Shown here: piece after piece, positions 1 through 9,158 of the stretch
Position numbering within the stretch: position 1 is the first letter of the stretch
How the letters are laid out: each line of letters starts with the position of its first letter
From: a virus
Lineage: Duplodnaviria; Caudoviricetes
Reading direction: 5' to 3' (one strand)
DNA: 59,495 nt
IMG/VR virus record: IMGVR_UViG_3300002514_000031
Span: 1 to 59,495 of that record
Made by a program: the position numbers and the translations under genes
Notes under the pieces: model-generated
The model's database searches: none
What the model was told of the DNA's origin: nothing
What the model saw: the letters and a program-made list of their open reading frames with translations, nothing else

Positions 1-657
1 GGATCTGTTTTGAACTGGTCTCGGGAGGCAGGAGCGGAGATTCATTTCATTGATAGGATCGAAGGTTTCAATGATGCCACCGTTGCGCAGGTGAGTCGAT
101 TGTTTGCGTGGCACTTGATATATTATGGGGAGCCATTAGATGAGCGAGTGTATCTGTTGACGAGTGATATGGATCTCTGGCCTTTGACGGGAGTTCCTTT
201 TCATCGAGAAACTCCCTATGACCATGTCCATTTGTATTATGGAAATGTGTACGCTCACGAACCTGACCCGAAGTATCCCATTGGGTACATCGGAGCGAAG
301 GTGAGAACATGGCGGCAGATCCTTTCTATGGCTTTGGAAGAGGCGTTGAAAGGCGTTCGAGATGAGGCTGATGGAATGAAGGTTTGGTGCTATGATGAAT
401 CATTCTTCGGCAAGCGGATTCACGAATGGGAAGGAGAAAAAGAAATCATTGCGAGACGGGGAGCACCGCCAGTTGACCGCATAGATCGGAGTTGTTGGCG
501 AGAAATTCAAGCAGGAGATATAGATGCTCATCTGCTCAGGCCAGGTTATTCAGAAGCCAATTGGCCTCGGTTACGGGAGTTGTTGAGCAAAATCATACCG
601 CACCGAATGGCTTGGTGTGATGAGTATTATGAAACTTTTATGAAGGAGAATTTCTGA
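1..657 (+). CDS. Putative glycosyltransferase-like protein (probably 5'-truncated by the window edge)
   Basis: Frame open from base 1; hydrophobic strand followed by a DxD motif (YLLTSDMDLWPL), plus YPIGYIGA, WCYDE and DAHLLRP blocks. Confidence 0.4.
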   Translation, partial: GSVLNWSREAGAEIHFIDRIEGFNDATVAQVSRLFAWHLIYYGEPLDERVYLLTSDMDLWPLTGVPFHRETPYDHVHLYYGNVYAHEPDPKYPIGYIGAKVRTWRQILSMALEEALKGVRDEADGMKVWCYDESFFGKRIHEWEGEKEIIARRGAPPVDRIDRSCWREIQAGDIDAHLLRPGYSEANWPRLRELLSKIIPHRMAWCDEYYETFMKENF

Positions 658-718
658 TGGATCCATACGCAACGATAGTTTCGATGACCGAGGATCTTTC
701 TGAATTGGAGAATCTAGT

Positions 719-901
719 TTGAGCAGTGGCAATCCTATCGAGAAACTCAAAGAGCAGAAATGGTTGACGGAGCATCTTGAAAAGAAGATGAAGGAAGATT
801 TCTACGGAGAAATTCACGTGACCTTTCACGCAGGTCGAGTCATGCACGTAACTGATCACGAAAAACATCTGCCTCCAACTCGAAAAAACGCCCAAAAATA
901 A
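719..901 (+). CDS. Small protein, DUF2292/YezD-like
   Basis: TTG start with GGAG RBS; FYGEIHVTFHAGRVMHV resembles the DUF2292 pattern. Confidence 0.45.
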   Translation: MSSGNPIEKLKEQKWLTEHLEKKMKEDFYGEIHVTFHAGRVMHVTDHEKHLPPTRKNAQK

Positions 902-996
902 AATCAAAAAATTTTTGCTTTTTTCTTTTTGAGAAACGCTTTTGATCTTTTATGATAAAAGGTAGAAAGTGAATATCAAAAGCATAGAAGCATCCG

Positions 997-1035
997 AGCA
1001 CGGAGCCTCCTACAAAAGGTTCCGTGCTTTTTTTT
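997..1035 (+). terminator. Intrinsic terminator immediately upstream of the head genes
   Basis: AGCACGGAGCCT-cctacaaa-AGGTTCCGTGCT stem followed by a T run. Confidence 0.75.
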
Positions 1036-1051
1036 GTGGCTGGAGAAACTT

Positions 1052-2458
1052 ATGAAAAACATATTCAATACCGTGACTGCCAATCTTTCAGGAAAAGTGC
1101 GTCATGCTCGTTTGGAGGATCGAGACTATTTGGTTGCGCCGATGGTGATGATTGTTGAAGGCGTTTTGAACGGATCCGATGGCCCACTGATGTATCCCGA
1201 AGATGAGCTGAGGAAATTTCCTGGCGTTTGGGATCACAAACCCATCGTGGTGTATCATCCCGAGATAGATGGCCAGCCTGTTACAGCGTGTCGGCCAGAG
1301 ATCCTCGACAACCGCAAGGTTGGTATGATCATGAACACTCGCTTCGAGGAGAACAAACTCAAAGCGGAGGCGTGGTTGGAAAAGGATCGCATTGGAAAGG
1401 TCGATGACCGAATCACCGATGCGATCCAAAACAACGCCATGATGGAATTGTCTACAGGGTTATATGCTGACGTGGATCCAACAGCGGGATCCTTCAATGA
1501 CGAACCATATGACGCTGTTCTCCGAAACTACAAACCAGACCACCTCGCATTGCTCCCCGATAAAGTTGGAGCGTGTTCGATTGCTGACGGCGGGGGATTT
1601 CTTCGCAACCAAGTCTCTCATCAGGCTCTTCGGGATGATCTCCAATCGCTCATAACCAAGAACAGAAACCCGAACGGAAAAGATCAGCTCAATTATATCT
1701 GGGTGATGGATACGTTTGATGATGGCTTCTTTATTTTCGAGGAAAACAATTTGCTTTATCAGATGGGATACAAGGTCAACGGAGATGTTGTATCATTAGA
1801 AGGTTCACCGCAAAGAGTGGTACGCCGATATGAGTACGTGGTAGTGAACGGTAACAAGAAAATACAGAACCTCATTTATGAGAAGGAGTATGAAATGGAT
1901 ATTGAGAAAATCGTTCAGGAATTGATTGACAATGGAAAGTGGACTGAAGAGGATCGTGAATTCCTCCTGAGTCAAAATGAAGAAGGTCTCAAGCACCTAC
2001 AGGAAAGAAAACCTGTGGAGAATGAGGAAGAGGATCCGCCAGCTGAAGAGGATCCCCCAGCAGAAGATCCTCCTGCCGAAGAAGGTGGAGAGGAAGAAGC
2101 CCCCACGGGCAACGTGGAGCAACCCGCTCCAATTACGGCAGAGAAGTTCATCAGCAACGCTCCGCCAGAAATCAAAGAAGTCCTCGAGCAAGGACAGAAA
2201 CAGCTCCAAGGTGTTCGCAATGCTTTGATTGAAAAGATCCGAGCGAACAAGAAGAACACATTCACCGAAGATCAATTGAAATCCAAATCCATCGAGGACT
2301 TGGAAGCGATTGCGAAGCTGGCGGTGAATAGCGAAGAGGAACTGCCCAAGGCAGATTTCTCAGGACAGGCTCCTGTCACGAAGAACGAAGAAGATGAGCA
2401 TGTGGAAGAACCGCTTGTGGCGGTGACCATGAACTTCGACAAGAGCAAAGACAAATAA
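1052..2458 (+). CDS. DUF2213-type prohead protease/scaffold protein
   Basis: KPIVVYHP, MELSTG and PDHLALL...GACS motifs; acidic coiled C-terminal half; upstream of the capsid gene; ATG 1052 has a GGAG RBS. Confidence 0.8.
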   Translation: MKNIFNTVTANLSGKVRHARLEDRDYLVAPMVMIVEGVLNGSDGPLMYPEDELRKFPGVWDHKPIVVYHPEIDGQPVTACRPEILDNRKVGMIMNTRFEENKLKAEAWLEKDRIGKVDDRITDAIQNNAMMELSTGLYADVDPTAGSFNDEPYDAVLRNYKPDHLALLPDKVGACSIADGGGFLRNQVSHQALRDDLQSLITKNRNPNGKDQLNYIWVMDTFDDGFFIFEENNLLYQMGYKVNGDVVSLEGSPQRVVRRYEYVVVNGNKKIQNLIYEKEYEMDIEKIVQELIDNGKWTEEDREFLLSQNEEGLKHLQERKPVENEEEDPPAEEDPPAEDPPAEEGGEEEAPTGNVEQPAPITAEKFISNAPPEIKEVLEQGQKQLQGVRNALIEKIRANKKNTFTEDQLKSKSIEDLEAIAKLAVNSEEELPKADFSGQAPVTKNEEDEHVEEPLVAVTMNFDKSKDK

Positions 2459-2518
2459 CGGGGATGTCCTCGTTGGTGCTTGATTATTATCAAATGATAA
2501 AATGAAAGGAATGATAAA

Positions 2519-2947
2519 ATGCCAAACACGATTCAATTAGACGGTGATTACAAAAAAGAAGAAGCACTTGCCAATGCTGCTCTGAGTCCTGGCCATTTGG
2601 TCGAGCTGATGAGTACAGGAAAGATCCGAAAGCACTCGCAAGAAGGCGGTCATTCACAACTCGGTGTAGCGGTGGAAGATGCTCTGCAAGGTCAGATCAC
2701 CACTCACGCTTATGAAGCTGCAGAGCTGGTGACCTATCACATTCAGATGCGTGGAACTCGGTTCCAAGGCATCGTGAAGTCAGGTGAAACAATCGTCAAG
2801 GGTCAAGCCTTGTACTCAGCTGGAGATGGAACACTCATCAGCTTTAGCACTTTGACCTCGGGTAACAATGCCAATCAAGTCATTGCGTATGCGGAAGAGG
2901 CCGTGACTGCGGCAACCGATACGCTGACCGATGTACGAGCTGCATAG
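2519..2947 (+). CDS. Head decoration/cement protein
   Basis: 142 aa Ala/Gly-rich protein between scaffold and capsid genes; AAGGA RBS. Confidence 0.65.
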   Translation: MPNTIQLDGDYKKEEALANAALSPGHLVELMSTGKIRKHSQEGGHSQLGVAVEDALQGQITTHAYEAAELVTYHIQMRGTRFQGIVKSGETIVKGQALYSAGDGTLISFSTLTSGNNANQVIAYAEEAVTAATDTLTDVRAA

Positions 2948-2998
2948 ACCAGTTGTCTATGTGTTTTCATAAGAACCAGAAAAAGAAAGGAATACAAA

Positions 2999-4048
2999 AT
3001 GGACTTTTTCATGAATGGATCAGCGGTTGGTCAGGTAGCTCAAACGCTTCTCTCCAACGATTTCGACACAGATGTACTGCGTCCGTACATCGGTGATGAT
3101 GGACAAACCTACATCACAAGAAACGAAGGTGGCGAACCCAAAGCTGTTCGTGTGGCAAACGCCACCGCAACGCTTCGGAAAGATGACTGGAAGATTTTGG
3201 ATGAGGCGATTGTCCGTGTGGCACAGCCTCGTCTCAAGTTTGTCGGTGATCTCCGCTCCCGAGGACTGACTTACAGTATCCCGAATGGGATGGGCAAGAC
3301 GGTTCTGGAAACCGAGACCATGAGCGACATTGATGATGCGATCATCTCGATGGACGGTCTCAGGCAGTCTCAGGGTGATCGTCCAGTGTTCGAGCTGACG
3401 AACTTGCCCCTGCCGATTATCCATAAGGATTTCCACTACTCCTCAAGGCAGATCGCTGCGAGCAGGAATGGCGGAAGTCCGTTGGATACAACCACGGCAG
3501 AATTGGCGGCACGAAAAGTCGCTGAGCAAGTTGAGAAACTCGCTCTGGGACGTTCCAGCACGTATGCGTATGGTGGCGGAACGATCTATGGCCTGTCGAA
3601 CTACACCAACAACCTCACCAAGACACTCACCACTCCCGTGGCTGCGTCAGACGTGGGAACCACGTTGTTGGCCGAAGTTCTGGCGATGCGTGAACAGGCT
3701 CGAGCTGTTTACCATTATGGGCCATGGATGATCTATCACGCTCCGAACTGGGATCAGTATTTGGATGATGATTTCAAAGCCAACTCAGACATCACCGTGC
3801 GTGAACGTCTGGGAAAAATTCCCGACATCCTCGGTGTCCAGACAGTTGACTATCTCCAGAACTACGATCTGGCGTTAGTTCAGATGACCTCGGACGTTGT
3901 CCGTGAAGTCATTGGAATGGAAATGACTACGGTTCAGTGGGAGTCCAGCGGTGGACTTCAGCAGAACTTCAAGGTCATGACCATCATGGTTCCGCAGTTC
4001 CGAGCTGACCAAAATAGCAATACGGGAATTGTCTACGGATCCATCTAG
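2999..4048 (+). CDS. Major capsid protein, HK97 fold, encapsulin/linocin-M18-like
   Basis: 349 aa; WKILDEAIVRVA, LPLPIIHKDF and AARKVAEQVEKL...G resemble encapsulin-like capsids; position in head module. Confidence 0.85.
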   Translation: MDFFMNGSAVGQVAQTLLSNDFDTDVLRPYIGDDGQTYITRNEGGEPKAVRVANATATLRKDDWKILDEAIVRVAQPRLKFVGDLRSRGLTYSIPNGMGKTVLETETMSDIDDAIISMDGLRQSQGDRPVFELTNLPLPIIHKDFHYSSRQIAASRNGGSPLDTTTAELAARKVAEQVEKLALGRSSTYAYGGGTIYGLSNYTNNLTKTLTTPVAASDVGTTLLAEVLAMREQARAVYHYGPWMIYHAPNWDQYLDDDFKANSDITVRERLGKIPDILGVQTVDYLQNYDLALVQMTSDVVREVIGMEMTTVQWESSGGLQQNFKVMTIMVPQFRADQNSNTGIVYGSI

Positions 4049-4090
4049 GTTTCGTGGATCATCTTTGTTAGGATGTTGGTGTATCGCCAC

Positions 4091-4124
4091 AAGACGGACT
4101 GGCATTGGCCAGCCAGTCCGTCTT
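4091..4124 (+). terminator. Strong hairpin after the capsid gene (terminator or mRNA stabiliser)
   Basis: 13-bp perfect stem AAGACGGACTGGC/GCCAGTCCGTCTT; weak T tract. Confidence 0.6.
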
Positions 4125-4157
4125 GGATTTTACAAACGGCCAATGGAGACTATAATC

Positions 4158-4601
4158 ATGACCGATGAAAAAAAGATACGTTACTTTGTATTCAAGGATC
4201 CCAAGAACGGTTCTCACGTAGAGGACGACAAAGTGTACAGGCCTGGTGACAGGGTTCCCAGTACAAAAGATCTTGCCTCTTCCTTCCCGTTCAAGTTTGA
4301 AGAAGCATCTTCAAAAGAAGCCACTGGGCCACTCACTCATTTGAACTCCAAAGAGGAAGAGAAAGCGGAAGAACCTGTGCCCGAGGTCGTTGAAGAAGTG
4401 GAACCCGTAGTGAATCGGTTGGGCGTGGATATCACCAGCCGATACAAAGAAGCATCGGACGCGCATGTGCTTGTTTTGAAAGTCGGCAAGGCCGCAAAAA
4501 CAAGATACATCGTTGTGGGTGAAGATAGTCCTGATGTGCCTTTGACGGATAAATCGATGAAGAAAACAGAGCTGGAAACTTTTCTGGCAACACTCGGATA
4601 A
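4158..4601 (+). CDS. Hypothetical head-associated protein
   Basis: ATG 4158 with GGAG RBS inside ORF 4029..4601; follows the capsid gene. Confidence 0.6.
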   Translation: MTDEKKIRYFVFKDPKNGSHVEDDKVYRPGDRVPSTKDLASSFPFKFEEASSKEATGPLTHLNSKEEEKAEEPVPEVVEEVEPVVNRLGVDITSRYKEASDAHVLVLKVGKAAKTRYIVVGEDSPDVPLTDKSMKKTELETFLATLG

Positions 4602-4605
4602 TCAT

Positions 4606-5271
4606 ATGCAATGGAATCCAGAACAATGGTGGAAGGGAGAAGATATCATCTTGATCGGTGGTGGCAGTTCCCTTCGTGGATTCGATTGGGAAAGGCTCCG
4701 AGACCATCGGGTCATTGGGATCAATGACGCTTATCAGTTAGGAGAAGAGATTTGCGATGCTGTAGTGTTCGGAGATTTGAAGTGGTACACAGCACGTCAG
4801 CAATATCTCCAGCATTTCAAGAATCCCGTGTTTTCCAATCAGCCTTCTCTGCACGTAGGATCCCCAATTTGGCTGCGTACTATGCGGAGAGAGAAGAACG
4901 GACTCAGCCATGGCGGTTTGTACTGGGGCAACAACACGGGTTGCGTAGCGGTCAACCTCGCACTCCTTCTCGGAGCACGGCGGGTTATGTTATTGGGTTT
5001 TGACATGAAAGTCGGATCTGACAAGAAACTCAACTGGCATCCTTCGGAGGCTCGAGTCACCGAGCAAACTTTCATGAGGTTTGAAAAAGGATTCCGAATC
5101 ATCGCAAAAGAACTGAATGAGAAATTCCCTGACCGAGAAATTATCAACCTTGGTCCAGACTCCGATTTGGATCTGTTTCCTTTTCGGGATTTGGACACTT
5201 ACTTAGGAGACGCAAATGAAACGCATAACAATACTATTGGTGCTGGCGCTTGTAGCGTTGGCGGGATGTAG
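4606..5271 (+). CDS. DUF115/Maf-like (sialyltransferase-type fold) protein
   Basis: IILIGGGSSL, VIGINDAY, VFGD..W and NLALLLGARRVMLLGFDM motifs. Confidence 0.65.
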   Translation: MQWNPEQWWKGEDIILIGGGSSLRGFDWERLRDHRVIGINDAYQLGEEICDAVVFGDLKWYTARQQYLQHFKNPVFSNQPSLHVGSPIWLRTMRREKNGLSHGGLYWGNNTGCVAVNLALLLGARRVMLLGFDMKVGSDKKLNWHPSEARVTEQTFMRFEKGFRIIAKELNEKFPDREIINLGPDSDLDLFPFRDLDTYLGDANETHNNTIGAGACSVGGM

Positions 5272-5650
5272 CGGCATTCAAGCCACTCCGAAGATGGAAG
5301 CTCAGATCGCAACCAACGCAGCGGAAGCAACCGCACGCCTCGCTACTGAGCAGACGAAGGAGTCAGCCACCGCAGGCATTGCTACCAACGCAAAAGTGTT
5401 CGCCAATTATTATGACAATGCTACAGTGAATGTTTTTGCGTATTGGTTTGACGCTCGGAAACAGATTTGGTGCAACGCAACTTACTATACGTTGATCAAA
5501 AAGACGAAGGTGGCGAGTGAAACCATTGACAAGAATACTAAGGCCGATGATAAGTATGATGAGCCAACCATCAAAGCTCTCTATATTGAAGAAAACAAAT
5601 GGTTGCAGCAAGTCAATGACGGCCTAAAAGGAACTGACATCCAAAGGTAG
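5216..5650 (+). CDS. Lipoprotein
   Basis: Basic N-terminus, hydrophobic stretch and LAGC lipobox; AGGAG RBS. Confidence 0.75.
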   Translation: MKRITILLVLALVALAGCSGIQATPKMEAQIATNAAEATARLATEQTKESATAGIATNAKVFANYYDNATVNVFAYWFDARKQIWCNATYYTLIKKTKVASETIDKNTKADDKYDEPTIKALYIEENKWLQQVNDGLKGTDIQR

Positions 5651-5689
5651 TATTTTGCCCGAGGAAGTCGCACTGATAAGGAGACACTT

Positions 5690-6019
5690 ATGAGTTTGAC
5701 AATGGAAGAATTGAAGGCCAGAGGTTTGGGACTCTCGGAAGAGTTCATCGACACTTATGGTCCAGCCGTCATCGCAATGTCTTCGCAAGAGGCGTTGAAC
5801 CTGATTGAGCTTTTGGCGAATGGAAAAGAACTGGAAGCATGGGCGTTGGTTCTGGAAAAGAAATCTGGTGATGACGCTTTGGCTGAGTTCGTAACGATTA
5901 CTGCCGCATGGAATGCTGAGAATCAAAAGAATGCGTCATCACTGGCTCTCCAAAAGGAAGCGATTACGGCGTTGTTAAAAGGATGCCTGATAATATCGCT
6001 TGCATTGGTGGGTCTTTAA
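5690..6019 (+). CDS. Hypothetical protein with C-terminal hydrophobic segment
   Basis: GAG-rich RBS; ends in LLKGCLIISLALVGL. Confidence 0.6.
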   Translation: MSLTMEELKARGLGLSEEFIDTYGPAVIAMSSQEALNLIELLANGKELEAWALVLEKKSGDDALAEFVTITAAWNAENQKNASSLALQKEAITALLKGCLIISLALVGL

Positions 6020-6059
6020 CTTTTACGCTGCTTGGAAGATAGTAGTAAGGATGTGGATC

Positions 6060-6278
6060 ATGGATAAAGCACAGACGATAAAATGGTTGTCAGCTTCGGT
6101 TATCCGAGGCGTGGCGTGGGCATTGGCAGCGTGGTTCGGTATGTCTGCAACCGCATCCAATGAAACTTCCACGATGATCACCGATAGCGTTATTGGTTTG
6201 GTGCTGGCAGGAGTTTCGATTTATACCAGCATCAAAGGAAGAAAGAAACTCTTGTCAACACCTCCGCCAAAAGGATAA
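6060..6278 (+). CDS. Putative holin-like membrane protein
   Basis: Two hydrophobic segments and a basic C-terminal tail. Confidence 0.45.
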   Translation: MDKAQTIKWLSASVIRGVAWALAAWFGMSATASNETSTMITDSVIGLVLAGVSIYTSIKGRKKLLSTPPPKG

Positions 6279-6284
6279 TGAAAA

Positions 6285-6698
6285 ATGGCAAGAACTACAT
6301 ATTCAGCCGTAGCGTTGATCATTGAGGTTGACGCAAACATCAGCACGGATCTCGCACCGTTTATCGAAGTGGCAAACGCTCTGGTGACAGACGTATGCAA
6401 TACAACAGATTATACTGCAGCAAAGCTGGAGTTGATAGAACGATGGTTGAGTGCTCACTTTTATGCGATGCGGGATCCTCTGGCTGAAAACGAGAAGGCA
6501 GGAGAAGTCGGTCAGAAGTTTTTCGGAAAGGTTGATTTGGGCTTGCAGCATACTCGGTACGGTCAGATGGTTTTGATTTTGGACACTGACGGAGATTTGG
6601 CTGCGTTGAATAACAGAGCAACGAAAGGCAGAGCCAAGGTCACTCTTTCTGCCAGTTGGCTGGGAACGGAAGATTGGGACGAAAACAATAACACATGA
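6285..6698 (+). CDS. Head-tail adaptor protein
   Basis: IERWLSAHF and GLQHTRYGQM motifs typical of DUF4054-like adaptors; position. Confidence 0.7.
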   Translation: MARTTYSAVALIIEVDANISTDLAPFIEVANALVTDVCNTTDYTAAKLELIERWLSAHFYAMRDPLAENEKAGEVGQKFFGKVDLGLQHTRYGQMVLILDTDGDLAALNNRATKGRAKVTLSASWLGTEDWDENNNT

Positions 6699-7042
6699 GC
6701 ATCATCACTAAAATGTTGAAGCAGGACGCTGTCTATTGGGGAGCAGCGGTCAATGACGGAGACGGCGGTCAAACCTTCCCCACGGGAGTTGCTATCACTT
6801 GTCGATGGACGAATGTGGATGGTGATGTTCCTGATTCTCGGGATCTCTCTGAGATGTCTTCGCATAAGATCTATGTCAGTCAGGACGTTGCCATTGGTGG
6901 TTATCTGTACTTGGGAGATATTGCTGACGTGGATGACGGGGCTGATAGTCCTCTCACTACGGCGGGAGCGATTATGATCAAAGGTTTCCGCAAGATGCCC
7001 AACTTCAAGGCCACCGAATTTCTACGGGGGGTCAGTGTGTGA
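6695..7042 (+). CDS. Head closure (stopper) protein
   Basis: 115 aa beta-rich protein; ATGA overlap with adaptor; neck gene order. Confidence 0.6.
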   Translation: MSIITKMLKQDAVYWGAAVNDGDGGQTFPTGVAITCRWTNVDGDVPDSRDLSEMSSHKIYVSQDVAIGGYLYLGDIADVDDGADSPLTTAGAIMIKGFRKMPNFKATEFLRGVSV

Positions 7043-7419
7043 TGGCAAAAACAACAGTCAAAATCAAAGGACTCAACGAGGTTCGAGCGAACCTGCGAAA
7101 AGTCACTATGCATATACACGGCAACGCTCGTGCCGCGATGGTAGAGACCGTGGCAACAATTCAACGTGAGTCGATGAGAAGAACTCCCGTGGATACGGGA
7201 AATTTGATGGGCGGTCATCGCACGAAAGTCGGTGGGCACGGGAAGAAGGTTTGGGGCATCATCTACGTGTTGGCCAATTATGCGTTGTTTGTTCATGAGG
7301 CTCCTCCGAGCACTGTCTTCAAATCCAAATGGCCTCGTGGCCGCAAGTATTTAGAGCGCGCCATCACTGACAATTTGACGATGATCAAAGCAAACATTTT
7401 GAAGTGGGTGAAAGTATAA
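7042..7419 (+). CDS. HK97 gp10-like tail completion protein
   Basis: TPVDTGNL, YALFVHE and KYLERA motifs. Confidence 0.8.
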   Translation: MAKTTVKIKGLNEVRANLRKVTMHIHGNARAAMVETVATIQRESMRRTPVDTGNLMGGHRTKVGGHGKKVWGIIYVLANYALFVHEAPPSTVFKSKWPRGRKYLERAITDNLTMIKANILKWVKV

Positions 7420-7928
7420 TGGTAAGCAATTGGAATGATACAACTTGGCCTGTGGACTACGCTGCTCCAGTGGAAGCGGATAAGCTGGTATGGTATCCTG
7501 TATGCCGTATCGTCCGAGCGTATCTCATCGAACAGACGGTTGGAGTTGCTTATGATTCAGGCACTGACTGGTCGATCTGTACGGCGGAGCAATTGGATCT
7601 TCCTGAAAATCTGATAACCATTTATGATGAGGCCAGCAACATTCGTTCTCGTTCGTTGGCCAGCGGGAATCAAAATGATCCCGTGATTTCGATCCACGTG
7701 CGATCTATTTTACAAGACGTGGGCGTGTACAAAGCAAAACGCATCCAACACGTTCTCGATAAGATAAGCGGATGGTCATGGGCGGGAGTCGGTGACGGTA
7801 CGTTTGATCAAGCAATAGTAGTGAATTCATCGGAGCGTCAACGGGGAGTGTTTCCCTTGGGTCGTGATGAAAACAATTTATGGGCATTCAATATGGAATA
7901 CTCATTGGTGATTAGAAATATAACATAA
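7419..7928 (+). CDS. Tail terminator protein
   Basis: ITIYD, ISIHVRS and LGRDENN..FNMEY pattern; precedes tail tube. Confidence 0.65.
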   Translation: MVSNWNDTTWPVDYAAPVEADKLVWYPVCRIVRAYLIEQTVGVAYDSGTDWSICTAEQLDLPENLITIYDEASNIRSRSLASGNQNDPVISIHVRSILQDVGVYKAKRIQHVLDKISGWSWAGVGDGTFDQAIVVNSSERQRGVFPLGRDENNLWAFNMEYSLVIRNIT

Positions 7929-7941
7929 GAAGGAGTCACAA

Positions 7942-8385
7942 ATGAAAGCTGACACACTGAAAGACGGAAAAGGAACCACGATCACTTTTGCGGATCACGC
8001 GAATTTATTTTTGCGGATTGATCCCACAAGTATCACACCTCCAGGCATGGAAGGCGGTGATCCAATTGACACGACATCGCTGTCCAACACTTCGTATCGG
8101 ACGAAGTACCCGCAGTCATTGATGGAAATGACCAATGGTAGTTTCACGGCTGCCTACGATCCTGATGCGATGGAAGATGCGTATGCCGCTATCAATGACA
8201 ACAACCTTATCACTTTCACCTTCCCTGACGGGATGGCGGTTGCGGTTTGGGGTTATCTCAAAACCTTCACGCCTGGCGAAGTGGTAGTGGGTGAACAACC
8301 TACGGCGGAGTGTGAGATTGTTATCACACTTGAGAATGCATCGAGCGTTGAAACAGCCCCAGATTGGGAAGCTGGCTCGGCGTAA
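7942..8385 (+). CDS. Tail tube (major tail) protein
   Basis: IDTTSL and ITFTFPDG...GYLK motifs; strong AAGGAG RBS; no sheath gene, so a non-contractile tail. Confidence 0.8.
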   Translation: MKADTLKDGKGTTITFADHANLFLRIDPTSITPPGMEGGDPIDTTSLSNTSYRTKYPQSLMEMTNGSFTAAYDPDAMEDAYAAINDNNLITFTFPDGMAVAVWGYLKTFTPGEVVVGEQPTAECEIVITLENASSVETAPDWEAGSA

Positions 8386-8421
8386 TTTATTTTTGATAAT
8401 TGAAAAGAGAAGGAGACCATC

Positions 8422-8820
8422 ATGAGAGAGTTTTCAAGTGCAGCAAAAACAGAAGAGATCCGAGTTGACGATCAGTTGTACGTGATCCATGAATTGACTC
8501 AGGCTTCTCGTGACATATATCTCAAAGAACTTTCTTCCACTTTGAAAGTGCGTATGATAAGCACGGGTGAGAAGGACGCTCAAGGGAAAGATGTGATGCG
8601 AAGAGAAGTTGACATGTTGGATTTGACGGGCAGTCAGGTTACGCTTTTGGCAGCGACAATGAAAATTGTTGATGACGAAGGAGAGCAAAAAAAGATTGAG
8701 AAGTCAACTCTCAAGAATTGGCCAGCAGGAATGGTTGAGAAAATCGCAGCTGTGTCCTCGAAGCTGAATGGATTGGAAGTGGCTGAGGCTCTTCTGGAAG
8801 CAGACGCTGAAAAAAACTGA
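8422..8820 (+). CDS. Tail assembly chaperone (lambda gpG-like)
   Basis: Lies between tail tube and tape measure; ends GAA AAA AAC TGA. Confidence 0.75.
   Translation: MREFSSAAKTEEIRVDDQLYVIHELTQASRDIYLKELSSTLKVRMISTGEKDAQGKDVMRREVDMLDLTGSQVTLLAATMKIVDDEGEQKKIEKSTLKNWPAGMVEKIAAVSSKLNGLEVAEALLEADAEKN
8811..8817 (+). promoter_or_regulatory. -1 programmed ribosomal frameshift site A AAA AAC
   Basis: X XXY YYZ heptamer at the end of the chaperone; the -1 frame is open through to 9158. Confidence 0.8.
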
Positions 8821-9158
8821 ATGAGGGGGGAGGTTTGTTGTGGTGTAAAATTGCCCAAGCAACGGGCATGTCGATAGAAGCAGCGCAGCAAACGCTCTCC
8901 CTTTCAGAAGTCCGTTTGTGGGAAGCGTTTTTCAAAACGGAGTATCAGCGGTTGGAACGGTCTGATTGGTACATGGCTCAGATAGCTATGAAGATTCATC
9001 AGACCATAGCAGAGAAAGGTCGAAGGTTCAAGGTGAAAGATTTCTTGCTGACATTTTATAATCCTGATGCGTCTTTTGCGGGTGAGAAAGAGGATCAAGG
9101 CAAGATGATGCATTGGGTTCGGTCTTTGATCGCTGCTGGAAAGAAGAAAACAAAATGA
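8817..9158 (+). CDS. Frameshift extension of the tail chaperone (gpT-like)
   Basis: ORF 8835..9158 is in the -1 frame relative to 8422..8820 and open from the slippery site. Confidence 0.75.
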   Translation: MNEGGGLLWCKIAQATGMSIEAAQQTLSLSEVRLWEAFFKTEYQRLERSDWYMAQIAMKIHQTIAEKGRRFKVKDFLLTFYNPDASFAGEKEDQGKMMHWVRSLIAAGKKKTK

